From an uncultured virus (IMG/VR IMGVR_UViG_3300007734_000756) (taxonomy: Duplodnaviria; Heunggongvirae; Uroviricota; Caudoviricetes): DNA of 61,810 bases. This document shows positions 27,462 to 36,600 of this stretch, in pieces. Below the pieces are notes generated by a model, which worked only from the letters and a program-made list of their open reading frames with translations, had not been told where the DNA came from and did not search any database. How positions within the stretch are numbered: the stretch's first letter is position 1; every line of letters begins with the position of its first letter. A program made the translations under genes and the position numbers. The stretch lies in the IMG/VR virus record IMGVR_UViG_3300007734_000756; one strand, 5' to 3'.

Positions 27462-27868
27462 TGGAAACCTCTCAGTATGAGGCCGTCAAGGTTGCCATGA
27501 AGCAAGACGCGACCGGCTACATCCTGACCCTACGTATTCACCCCGATGAAGTACCGGAGGAAATCCTTCGAGACTTTGTCGGGGCGCGGTATCAGGTCGT
27601 GATGGTTCGCCTGGATCAGCATGATCAGCCCATGGCGCGTCAGCCTAACTATGTCCAACTTGCCGGAATGTTGTGCAATAACAAAACATTCCATGAGTAT
27701 TTAGTGGATCGTGGGTTCATCTTCGAGGCCACAGAGGTCGAGACAACAGACTGGTTACGGACAGAGCTTGGCATCAAATCTCGCAAAGAACTGGGACACA
27801 ACCAAGACGCGGTTAAAAAACTTATGACCATCAATCAGGACTTTCAATCATGGCAACAAAACGCCTAA
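27461..27868 (+). CDS. Conserved phage protein
   Basis: GARYQVVMV; AGMLC...F; LGIKSRKEL. Confidence 0.65.
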   Translation: METSQYEAVKVAMKQDATGYILTLRIHPDEVPEEILRDFVGARYQVVMVRLDQHDQPMARQPNYVQLAGMLCNNKTFHEYLVDRGFIFEATEVETTDWLRTELGIKSRKELGHNQDAVKKLMTINQDFQSWQQNA

Positions 27869-28164
27869 TCCCGTACTCGGTACATTTACCGGAGGAGATC
27901 TTCCAGCAACTCAAAGAGGCAGCACAGAACCGCAAAGCTTCGTCTGTGGTGCGTGACGCCATAACCATGTATCTCCAGCGTACAAGTGAGTTCGATACTG
28001 GATATAACAAAGCTATCAATGATGCGATTCGGATAGTCAAATCTAATCCAACTGCCAAGAGTTTGTCTGTCAATGGTTTGCCTGTCAGTTCTCTGTTATG
28101 CGCAGGACTTACCAGTCTTATGAAGGAGACGACCAATGTCCCGAAAAAAACCAGAGGGTCTTAA
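27850..28164 (+). CDS. Ribbon-helix-helix DNA-binding protein
   Basis: YSVHLPEEIFQQLKEAA....SSVVRDAI..YL. Confidence 0.6.
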   Translation: MATKRLIPYSVHLPEEIFQQLKEAAQNRKASSVVRDAITMYLQRTSEFDTGYNKAINDAIRIVKSNPTAKSLSVNGLPVSSLLCAGLTSLMKETTNVPKKTRGS

Positions 28165-28315
28165 CGCGCTGCTGCCCGTCCAGGTTCCGCCTATCGAGGA
28201 GATCACACTGTTGGATTTCTTCGCGGCGTTTGCCGTGATGGGTGGCGCATCTCCTCAAACGGCGTTTGACGTGGCAGAGGGCATGGTTAAAGAGAGAAAG
28301 GAACGGATGAAATGA
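28136..28315 (+). CDS. Hypothetical protein (59 aa)
   Basis: TLLDFFAA.A....A.DVAE.MV.ER motif common in phages; AAGGAG RBS. Confidence 0.6.
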   Translation: MSRKKPEGLNALLPVQVPPIEEITLLDFFAAFAVMGGASPQTAFDVAEGMVKERKERMK

Positions 28316-28485
28316 TTGACTACAGTGAAGGGCACTGGCTACTGAAGACACTGGTTCACGAGATGTATGAAGCTTGTTTGAAGAATGACTACGCCAAAGC
28401 CAAAGAGATTTGCGATCAGATTGTGGTCAATGCTCGCATCACCCGCGCACAGTTAACCATCCAAGAACAAAAGGAACCCAAATGA
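28312..28485 (+). CDS. Hypothetical protein (57 aa)
   Basis: MIDYSEG...; ATGA coupling at both ends. Confidence 0.6.
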   Translation: MIDYSEGHWLLKTLVHEMYEACLKNDYAKAKEICDQIVVNARITRAQLTIQEQKEPK

Positions 28486-28712
28486 AAGAGAAAATCGTAG
28501 AGCGTATCCCGCAGACCGTTTACTGGTTGGATGGGCTGATGCACGTTCCTCATCTGACGCGTAACGATGCATACGTCCGGCCAGGGTATGGCCGGCATGA
28601 TGTGAGGTTCTGGACTAGCCAGCAACTAAAGTTACTTGGAGCAATCGAGGCCAAACATCTTTTGGCGGATCGCAAACTAGATCTGCCTGAGAAACCCAAA
28701 AAGGTGCGCTGA
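28482..28712 (+). CDS. Hypothetical protein
   Basis: MKEKIVERIP...; ATGA coupling. Confidence 0.6.
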   Translation: MKEKIVERIPQTVYWLDGLMHVPHLTRNDAYVRPGYGRHDVRFWTSQQLKLLGAIEAKHLLADRKLDLPEKPKKVR

Positions 28713-28713
28713 C

Positions 28714-29058
28714 ATGTTTGATCCTGTCTACAAGATCGTTTCGTTTTTTGGTACTCCGATGTGTACAGACAAAGCAACGTATGCAGAATGGCATGAAGCG
28801 GCCAGACGCAGTCCACCAGGAGAAGCGGGGTTTTGTACAGACTGCACCCCTGAGTATCAGACTCAAATGATCAAAGAGGGCCGATGCGAAAACCCGTGGA
28901 TCAAATTTGAACTGTATGACGAAGATGATCTAAACCCTCATAAATTCTTAGAGGAAGAAAACATCATCTTCAAACTGAGCGACAAAGGGATTGTTGGGTA
29001 CATTCCAACGGACGTGAAGAAACTAACGCGAGCCCGATTGGGTCGCAGAAAGTTGTAG
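28714..29058 (+). CDS. Hypothetical Cys-containing protein
   Basis: FCTDCTPEYQ..M...RC..P. Confidence 0.65.
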   Translation: MFDPVYKIVSFFGTPMCTDKATYAEWHEAARRSPPGEAGFCTDCTPEYQTQMIKEGRCENPWIKFELYDEDDLNPHKFLEEENIIFKLSDKGIVGYIPTDVKKLTRARLGRRKL

Positions 29059-29067
29059 GAGATCGGA

Positions 29068-29247
29068 ATGTTTGAAACAACTTACGGCACAGATTATGGC
29101 GACCATGACATTCAGCGTCGCATTCTGATTGAGTATCTACAAGTAATGGTGGCGAGAGGCGATTGGCACGGAGTAGCAGATGCAGCAATGGATATCAGAG
29201 AGCTCGAAGCAGAGCATCGAAAAAACAATCGACAGTCTGATCGATGA
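29068..29247 (+). CDS. Hypothetical protein (59 aa)
   Basis: AGGAG RBS; YL......DWHGVADAAMDIRELEA. Confidence 0.6.
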   Translation: MFETTYGTDYGDHDIQRRILIEYLQVMVARGDWHGVADAAMDIRELEAEHRKNNRQSDR

Positions 29248-29406
29248 CTGTAAAGGGATCGTTGATTATTACGTTGACAACATCAAGCTACCGGGGGACG
29301 GCAGGAAGGTTGTGCGAGAAGCGATGTATGCACGGGTTACACGCCTGACGTTCTCTGGGTTTGGGTCAAGGTTGCCGTTTAAGTGGACTGGCGTAAGGAA
29401 GAAAAC

Positions 29407-29628
29407 ATGACACGGGAAGACATCATCAGGATGGCGCGGGAGGCTGGGTTGTCAAACGACTTTGGTCATTTGGGCTACCCATATTTGCCAGAACTTGAAC
29501 GCTTTGCCGCTCTTGTCGCTGCTGCCGAGCGTGAAAGCATAGCCGCATGGGTCGCCTCACAACGAAATGATGTTCCGGCTACTGGTTCAGAAATATCCGC
29601 AGCAATTAGAGCAAGGGGAGAGAAATGA
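29407..29628 (+). CDS. MTREDIIRMAREAG-type modular accessory protein, copy 1
   Basis: Paralogue of the next gene; ends AIRARGEK. Confidence 0.75.
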   Translation: MTREDIIRMAREAGLSNDFGHLGYPYLPELERFAALVAAAERESIAAWVASQRNDVPATGSEISAAIRARGEK

Positions 29629-29873
29629 CTAAGGATGACATCATCAGGATGGCGCGAGAGGCTGGTTTTCCTGTCAGCAAATGGGACGATGGAGTAGATG
29701 AAGTAATGGATGGCGATAACTACCACATTCAAACAGACCTAATTGAACGCTTTGCTGAGCTTGTCGCCGCTGCTGAACGATCTGCGTGTGCGAAGGTGTG
29801 TGATGACTGGCCCAATGGCCGGGACGATGTGTATTTAATCGGCAAAGCGATTAGAGCAAGGGGAGAGAAATGA
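29625..29873 (+). CDS. MTKDDIIRMAREAG-type modular accessory protein, copy 2
   Basis: ERFA.LVAAAER...AIRARGEK. Confidence 0.75.
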   Translation: MTKDDIIRMAREAGFPVSKWDDGVDEVMDGDNYHIQTDLIERFAELVAAAERSACAKVCDDWPNGRDDVYLIGKAIRARGEK

Positions 29874-29992
29874 ACGGAGAGAACTTTTGCTGGCTGATTG
29901 TCGGATTTATTGTCGGTCGTTTGGTTGGAGATTCGGTTAAAGATACTTTACAAAATCTTATAAACAATCTTCGAGGAAGGGGAGAGAAATGA
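29870..29992 (+). CDS. Small membrane peptide (40 aa)
   Basis: MNGENFCWLIVGFIVGRLVG...RGEK; ATGA coupling at both ends. Confidence 0.6.
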   Translation: MNGENFCWLIVGFIVGRLVGDSVKDTLQNLINNLRGRGEK

Positions 29993-30213
29993 GCAAACTA
30001 CAGCCAGTAGCAATCACAGACAAGTACAAAGAAGCCGCAGCGGAGATGCTTTACGAAGCCATCGACGAGAACCCAGACACGGCAATCATTGTCTTGTTCT
30101 GGAAAGATCGTGGGCAATTCAAGATCAAGACAAGTGCTACACAAGACCGACTGCAACTGATCGGTGCGCTGACTGAAGCACTGCACAAAGTTGTTAAGGA
30201 TGGGTACGCATGA
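29989..30213 (+). CDS. Hypothetical protein
   Basis: 74 aa; coupled start and stop. Confidence 0.65.
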   Translation: MSKLQPVAITDKYKEAAAEMLYEAIDENPDTAIIVLFWKDRGQFKIKTSATQDRLQLIGALTEALHKVVKDGYA

Positions 30214-30614
30214 AAAATGTCTATGACCCAGCACGATACGATTTGAACTATGACCCCGCACGATTCGGACGCAACTGGAACGGACATCCTTTCGGAGAGA
30301 AAAACATGATGGAACAAAAACTCGGCGCAATTGCAGGTGGTGACTACAGAAACGCTGGTCAGGATCAGCAGAAAATGAGCAACATCCAAGATCAAATGGG
30401 GCACATGGAAAACCACATCAGTTTTTTGATGAACGCCATTGACACGCTGGAATCCCGTTTGCATATGGTGCTGCGGGACGAACCCGGCAAAGCGGAGTCT
30501 GAAGGTTTAACCAAAACAATGTGCCCGTTAGCCAACGCGCTGCATACGTTTAACCGCCGACTCGACAACGCCAGCAAAAACATCATGAGCGTGATTGATC
30601 GGCTAGAGGTGTGA
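30210..30614 (+). CDS. Hypothetical coiled-coil protein
   Basis: YDPAR duplicated at the N-terminus; helical C-terminus. Confidence 0.65.
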   Translation: MKNVYDPARYDLNYDPARFGRNWNGHPFGEKNMMEQKLGAIAGGDYRNAGQDQQKMSNIQDQMGHMENHISFLMNAIDTLESRLHMVLRDEPGKAESEGLTKTMCPLANALHTFNRRLDNASKNIMSVIDRLEV

Positions 30615-30615
30615 G

Positions 30616-30840
30616 ATGAGCAACGTCATTCCATTTAACGGCATAACACTTCTTGATCTTGACCCAGATCAGGTGCTGGAAGCCAACAAAGGAGCTTTCG
30701 AGGGACTGATATTGATTGGCTTAAACACAGACGGCGAGGAAGTTTTTGCCTCTACTTATGCAGATGGGCCAACCGTTCTGTGGATGCTTGAACGCGCCAA
30801 ACTGCGGTTGCTCAGAATTATTGACGGAGAAGGCGTATGA
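30616..30840 (+). CDS. Conserved small phage protein
   Basis: NVIPF.GIT.LD.DPD.VL...LWMLERAK. Confidence 0.7.
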   Translation: MSNVIPFNGITLLDLDPDQVLEANKGAFEGLILIGLNTDGEEVFASTYADGPTVLWMLERAKLRLLRIIDGEGV

Positions 30841-31046
30841 GTCTTGACGCAATGAAACAGGCGCTAGAGGCGTTGGAAGAAGCGGTGTTTTATACCAGCA
30901 GCGAATCGTGGTCACCTTCTATGACACGGGAATGCGAGGCAGCAATTACCGCTCTCCGCGCTGCAATTCCGCATAGCGAAGACTGCTGGCGGTGGCATCA
31001 CGAATGTGCAGCAATCAGGATGGAGAGGATATTTCATGAGCATTGA
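30837..31046 (+). CDS. Modular accessory protein (MKQALEAL module)
   Basis: N-terminal module shared with 31036 and 31646. Confidence 0.65.
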   Translation: MSLDAMKQALEALEEAVFYTSSESWSPSMTRECEAAITALRAAIPHSEDCWRWHHECAAIRMERIFHEH

Positions 31047-31416
31047 CGCAATGAAACAAGCCTTGGCAGCGCTGAATGACTATGAGCCAAACGAAGCGCA
31101 CAAAGTTGCCACCGCTCTCCGCGCTGCAATCGAGCAGGCGCAGGAGCCGGTGGCGTGGATGTATCACGGCATTCGACACGACGACACGCCACATGAACGC
31201 CCGAGCCTCATCTGGAAACCGGATCAAATGGACGTGATGAGCTTTGAGAAAGGCGCAAAAGCTACCCCGCTCTACACCGCCCCACCACAGCGCAAGCCGC
31301 TGACGGATGAGGAGATTGAGGTTTTGGCAAAAAAGCATAACGGCATTTACTACGATTGCGACATCACATTTGCCCGAGCCATTGAAGCCGCACACGGCAT
31401 AAAGGGGGAAGCATGA
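31036..31416 (+). CDS. Modular accessory protein
   Basis: MKQAL / EPVAW / PLYTAP / LTDEEI / FARAIEA modules. Confidence 0.7.
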   Translation: MSIDAMKQALAALNDYEPNEAHKVATALRAAIEQAQEPVAWMYHGIRHDDTPHERPSLIWKPDQMDVMSFEKGAKATPLYTAPPQRKPLTDEEIEVLAKKHNGIYYDCDITFARAIEAAHGIKGEA

Positions 31417-31649
31417 CCACACACCTGACAAAAATCTGGTGGGACTTGAACAAGCACAAGCTGGTCGAGCAGGCAATACCAGAGGCCGAGATTTACAAGC
31501 GTGAGTGGGTCGGGCTGACGGATGAGGTCATTTGGCTGGAGTACCAACGCTTTTGGCCGTTTCATCCAGCCGAAGAACCAACGCTGGCTAAGGACATTGT
31601 CAAGTTTGCCCGAGCCATCGAAGCCAAGCTGAAGGAGAAGAACACATGA
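31413..31649 (+). CDS. Modular accessory protein
   Basis: WVGLTDE...FARAIEAKLKEKNT. Confidence 0.7.
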   Translation: MTTHLTKIWWDLNKHKLVEQAIPEAEIYKREWVGLTDEVIWLEYQRFWPFHPAEEPTLAKDIVKFARAIEAKLKEKNT

Positions 31650-32077
31650 CTGACCGCGAACTGATGCAGCAGGCGCTGGAGGCGCTGACTGCATATGACG
31701 GGACGAATGGAGCAAGCCAAAGAAAGCGCGTCCTTGCCGCCCTGCGCGAGAGGCTGGCACAGCCAGAGCAGGAGCCAATAGCGTGGGTATACCAAGAAGG
31801 GCTGGAGGCATTGAAAAGCGGCAGGCCGTGGACTGCGTACGGCAGCAATGGGTACAGCCGAATTCCTTTATATCTCAACGACGCAGTAGCTCCAAGGGTA
31901 GAGCCCCGCGCAAGCGGGAGTGGTGCAGGGTTCGAGTCCCTGCCTGCGTCATCGCAATGGAAAGGGTTGACGGATGATGAAATCGTGCTGATTTGCGGTG
32001 AATGCGCTGCGTCTTACGCTGACGATATTCGCTATGCTCGCGCCATCGAAGCCAAGCTACGGGCGAAAAACACATGA
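31646..32077 (+). CDS. Modular accessory protein carrying an in-frame tRNA-like insert
   Basis: MQQALEAL / EPIAW / PLY / [24-aa insert] / WKGLTDDEI / ARAIEAKLRAKNT. Confidence 0.7.
   Translation: MTDRELMQQALEALTAYDGTNGASQRKRVLAALRERLAQPEQEPIAWVYQEGLEALKSGRPWTAYGSNGYSRIPLYLNDAVAPRVEPRASGSGAGFESLPASSQWKGLTDDEIVLICGECAASYADDIRYARAIEAKLRAKNT
31880..31951 (+). ncRNA. tRNA-like cloverleaf lacking an anticodon loop
   Basis: Acceptor GACGCAG/CTGCGTC, T8A9, D stem GCTC/GAGC with GG in the loop, CCCGC-GCAA-GCGGG in place of the anticodon arm, T arm (G)CAGGG-TTCGAGT-CCCTG(C), discriminator A, no encoded CCA. Confidence 0.75.
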
Positions 32078-32262
32078 AATATGAGCAAGCCAAACCGTTA
32101 CTGGACGAACTCTGCCAACTGGCTGTGATGTATCACGCATCTCAGGCGCTAAGAACCAAACTGTTTGATGCGTTAAACAAACACATCCCGCACCTAGATG
32201 AAGGATGCTTTGAAAGAGGGTGCCCAATGATTGAGACGTTTCCGCCAAAGGAAAACACATGA
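32074..32262 (+). CDS. Hypothetical protein
   Basis: 62 aa; AACACATGA joints at both ends. Confidence 0.6.
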   Translation: MKYEQAKPLLDELCQLAVMYHASQALRTKLFDALNKHIPHLDEGCFERGCPMIETFPPKENT

Positions 32263-32426
32263 CAGGGTTCGGGTTGGCCCCAATAAAGATGGAAGGCGGT
32301 ATCGCGGATCCTGACGGGTTCGTTTGGGAGTGCAACTGCGAAGACTGCCAAGTTAGGTATCAAGAGTGGAAGAAGGCGTTTGATATAGAGCAGAAACAAC
32401 TAGAGGAGAGACTAAATGCTAGATGA
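32259..32426 (+). CDS. Small protein (55 aa) with a capsid-like N-terminal peptide
   Basis: MTGFGLAPIKMEGGIADPDGFVWECNCEDC...; ATGA coupling. Confidence 0.55.
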   Translation: MTGFGLAPIKMEGGIADPDGFVWECNCEDCQVRYQEWKKAFDIEQKQLEERLNAR

Positions 32427-32625
32427 CATAGCAATCACAAACCTGGAGCGCGACAAAGCGTGGGCTAGCTTTATCAGGAGGAAATCAGTCAAAGCGTATA
32501 TGAAAGACAAGAAAGACTTTAACTTCCCACTCGACGGGTCTTATGAGGTCTGGTGTATGGCGTGGGAGAAAGCATGGAATTTAGGATTTAAATCCGGGTA
32601 TCACGAACGCAAAGAGTCACTCTAA
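32416..32625 (+). CDS. Hypothetical protein
   Basis: GAGGAG RBS; Trp-rich. Confidence 0.6.
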   Translation: MLDDIAITNLERDKAWASFIRRKSVKAYMKDKKDFNFPLDGSYEVWCMAWEKAWNLGFKSGYHERKESL

Positions 32626-32639
32626 GTAATAGGAAACAA

Positions 32640-33113
32640 ATGGATCCCAAGCTGTTTGAACTGTTGTCAGATTTAACCCTTGCATACCGTCAGGGCGAAA
32701 CAATCGAACCGGAGATAAACCAAATAGAAGAAATGCTGGAGGGAATGCAGAAAAAGAATCCGCTGTCTGACAAAGCTTTGAAAATCTTTGAGCACATTAG
32801 AAAGCTCAAGAAACCTGTGACTGCACACGACATCAGCGTCAGGTTTCATCTAGCTCAATCTACATCTGCCACACATCTGAGGGAATTAAATGCAGCAGGC
32901 TTGCTCACCAAAAGGCGCATCAAAAGCACCACGATCTGGGAAGTCCAAACAACATCCCTGCCCGTGGCCGTTCCCGACAAACGTGTTGAAGCCCGACCCG
33001 TTGAGCTTGATCGGCCTGAAGTCGTTATCCGAAAGTCAGAGCCAATCAAATCAGTCTGGCCGTCGAACCCGTTCCAAACCAGCTACCCTCACGCACGAGG
33101 CTATGATGATTGA
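32640..33113 (+). CDS. Winged-HTH DNA-binding protein
   Basis: PVTAHDISVRFHLAQSTSATHLRELNAAGLL. Confidence 0.65.
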   Translation: MDPKLFELLSDLTLAYRQGETIEPEINQIEEMLEGMQKKNPLSDKALKIFEHIRKLKKPVTAHDISVRFHLAQSTSATHLRELNAAGLLTKRRIKSTTIWEVQTTSLPVAVPDKRVEARPVELDRPEVVIRKSEPIKSVWPSNPFQTSYPHARGYDD

Positions 33114-33128
33114 ACTAGGAGAAGCTAA

Positions 33129-33422
33129 ATGGTAACCCTGGGTGATGTCATTCGAGACAAAATGAAGATCATGGAAATCATGGAAGAAGACCAGAAAGCA
33201 GACGACATTCAAGTCGGCGGCACACACTACAAAGATATGACGGTTCAACCTTGGGAAGTGATGGAGTCTTTGCTGACCCCAGAAGAGTTCCGGGGGTTCC
33301 TAAAAGGCAACATCATCAAGTACGCGATGCGCCAAGGCAGGAAAGATTCAGATGACGCCGGTAAGCTCAGGCACTACCAGCAGAAACTGAAAGAGATAAC
33401 CAGTGAACAATACACTTACTGA
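33129..33422 (+). CDS. DUF3310 / SaV-like protein
   Basis: QVGGTHY....QPWE...GFLKGNIIKY..R.G.K..D..K..HY. Confidence 0.85.
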   Translation: MVTLGDVIRDKMKIMEIMEEDQKADDIQVGGTHYKDMTVQPWEVMESLLTPEEFRGFLKGNIIKYAMRQGRKDSDDAGKLRHYQQKLKEITSEQYTY

Positions 33423-33672
33423 TAAAGAGCGGGAGCACGTCAGACGAGTAAAGGAACTACCTTGCTCCGTCTGCGATGCTCCTGGCCCGAGTGATGCCCA
33501 TCACATTAAACAACACCGGCAATACACCGTGGTGGCTCTCTGTAAAGATTGCCACCAGGGTGCGGTGATGGGCTGGCACGGTCAGCGGAGAATGTGGGCT
33601 ATCAAAAAGATGGACGAGTTAGATGCTCTCAACATCACGATAGCCCGCCTCACTGCTTCATTGACTTCCTAA
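33403..33672 (+). CDS. Ref/DUF968-like HNH Zn-finger nuclease
   Basis: LPCSVC....DAHH.......ALCKDCH.G. Confidence 0.7.
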   Translation: MNNTLTDKEREHVRRVKELPCSVCDAPGPSDAHHIKQHRQYTVVALCKDCHQGAVMGWHGQRRMWAIKKMDELDALNITIARLTASLTS

Positions 33673-36600
33673 CCGATTCTGCATTCTTGGCCAGATCGAT
33701 CAGCAGCAACTTCATCCGATCAATGTTCTCGCGCTTATCCTCTGCGCTCATGGAAGTGTCTTCTGTGTATATCCGGATGTACTGACGAATCTTGGCCATC
33801 TGCTTCGAGGTGTTGTCGTAGAGCTTAGCCAGCGCGACCTTGTCACCCTTCTCTTCCAAGATCGCCTGGACCTTGGCAGAGTCACCAATTGCTGCGTAAT
33901 GCCTCATGTCAGCAAACGCTTCGCTGATACCTTTGGCGTTCTCATAGAAGGACGTGACGTACTCAGACTGCGTGGCCGGCAGTGACTTGATGAACCCGAC
34001 ACTCGCGATGTCCACCCATTTCTCTGACGGGTATGCCCCTTCGTTGAACGGCGACATGGCGTGTTTAGATGCCCAGGCAATCGTTCCACCCAGCCAGCCA
34101 AAGTAAGCTTTGATTGCATACTCCGCCTGGACAGGAGACATCTCAGCTTTGGTAGGCAGGAACAGGTTAGAGATGCCACTGACTGCCATGGCCAACGGGC
34201 TGGTGTTGTCGGTCTTCCGCTCCTCTTTGGACAACCGCTCCATACCCGCGGATTCAATCGGCGCTCCAGTAAAGCTATCCTTGTTGGAGTACAGATCGAC
34301 CAGCGGCTTGAACATTTGCGGCATCGGGTTCAGAGAGAACGTATCCGAGATCATCCGGCGCAGCGTGTTCTCGAACTGCTTACCCTCAGCCTCTTCGTCA
34401 AAGATCTGCTCCGCCACCCGCTCTGCAATCGTTCCAAACGCGCCAATTTCAAACGGTTTCGGGATACGTAGTGCGTACTCCATTCCGGGCAACTTGAACC
34501 ACCAGAAGTTATCCCGATCCCAAGCATCCCGTTTCTTAAACTCTTCGTCATCCTTGCCTGCGAAGTACAAAGCCAGAGAAGCTAAGACCACAGCAGAAGT
34601 CACAGTGGTAAACGCGGTGGCTTTTTTCTTGTCATCCTGTTCAATCGGCTCGCCCGTGACAGTGTTATAGAACACCCGTACGGTCGGGCTAATGCCATCC
34701 CTGCCAAGCTTGTACAGACCTTGGACGCGAGCGTTGAAGAACGGGACAGTCTGAGCCAAGAACCTCACCGCCGGCCACGAGCCCTGCATTGAGAAGTCCA
34801 GCAGATCACGCGCCATGAACGATGCGGTCAAGTGATCCTTTCCTTGCTCGCGAAGCTGGTTGTACAACGCGATCCGGTTAGCCGCCTCGGACTTGTTGCC
34901 CCACTCCTGATACTTGTTCCACGCAGCCAAAAGCTTCTCTGTAACTTGGCCAGGGGAAGTCAAGATGGTGTCAGGATTGACGCCCTGTTTAATCAACCGC
35001 TTCACCAAGCGCGCTTGATCGCCCTCGTAGATCGATCCAAAGTTAAAGATCGCGCCACCAGCCAAGGCCGATAAGAACCGGGGATTGCTCTTGTCAGACC
35101 CCTTCCAACCTTCGTACACGTTGGTTACCGGGTTCCACTTCATATCTCCACCGGCCAGCGCGATTGCCTGGATAGAGTCGCGGAACAAGTTCCTTACCTT
35201 AAACGCAGGGCTCAAGGTCACGCCGTACTGCAGCATGTTCTTGAAGTCTTTCATCACGCTAACGAACTTGGACTGCGGACCCATGTACCCGATAGACGAG
35301 ATGGACTCAAACAGCATCGGATCAATAATCTGAACGTAGGTTGGGATACCCTCGAGCATAATCTTGACCGTGCTCTGAGCACCGTCTCTACGCTCAGTCA
35401 TCCAACCTTGCAGCGATCCATCTCCAACCATTTCTCCAGAAGACCGCAGATATACCTTGCCGTTTTGCCACATGTACTGAACCTTCAGGCTCGGTACCGC
35501 AGCATCCTGAGCAAACGCAGCATTAACTGTTTCAGCAGCAGCACGGTTCTTCATCGACGCAGAAAGGATGTGACTCCAGTTGCGTACGATGTTCTCCATC
35601 AAATCACCAAACGGGCTGGTGCCACCTTTGATGTTGTAAGAGAAGTACTGATTGGGCAGGCCAGATGAATCCATGGCGGCGGACAACATACCGTCTTCCA
35701 TCTCACGATAGAACGGGATGTACCACACGTCATTAGAGAACCGCTCATATCCGACCGGGTTCATCTCGAGATCCAAAACCTTTGCGGCTTTCTGATCATC
35801 AGTCAGATCGGTACGCTGCCAAGTCTTCTCAATCTCACGAGCGGTAGACGTAATCAAACCCTGGGTCATTGCAACGCTCAACACCGATTTGTTCAGTTTG
35901 TTGAGTTCGTTACGGGCTTTCATGTACAACTCAATCCGCGGTGTACCGTTAAGATCACCTTCCGCTAACAACTGACGTTCGTTGATCAGATCCTCGATCC
36001 CTTCGATCTTGGACTGACGACCAGTTTTCATCAGTTGAGCTTCACGATTCAACGCGATCCACATTAAGAATCGATCCACCTCGGGGCCGATAGGCTTCAG
36101 GATGTCCATCATCCCTTGGCTCTTGGGCTTGATGTCTAACGCGCCGTCATTCAGAAATACTTCGCCGTTAAACAGGAGGCCCTCGAGTGCTCCGTCTACC
36201 GTACGAGACATACGCGCCATGATGTATGCGCGTTCGCTGTAATCCTTGATGGTTCGATACTGATCGGCAACACCTTGAGCGACACGCCTCCAGAACCCGT
36301 CTCGCATCCCAGCGATCTTGTCGATGATCGTCGCCCGCTGCGGCGCGTAAATCGGCTGAGCTTTAGCCAGGAACTCTTCTGGCACCCCAACAAACTCTGC
36401 CGGGTTGAGCGGTTTACGTTTCTGCAGGAACTCCTGTGCCGTGTTAATGACCTTCTCACGACTGGGCACCACAGACTGTTTGATGTCGCTCTCAAACAGC
36501 ATCGTATCGGTTTGGAATTCACCGTTACCTTTAGCCAGACTATCTAGCGCGCGGATCACAGTGGCATCAGACGGCAAACCAAACATCGATTTGATCTTCT

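Noticed and set aside
29180..29410. 76-aa ORF overlapping 29068-29247
   Set aside because: Plausible but start and frame are ambiguous, so it was not listed as a feature
29605..29992. CRISPR-like repeat-spacer array
   Set aside because: Repeats are gene ends with 100-220-nt coding spacers of unequal length; no cas operon
31880..31951. Functional decoding tRNA
   Set aside because: No 7-nt anticodon loop and no CCA; reported as tRNA-like instead
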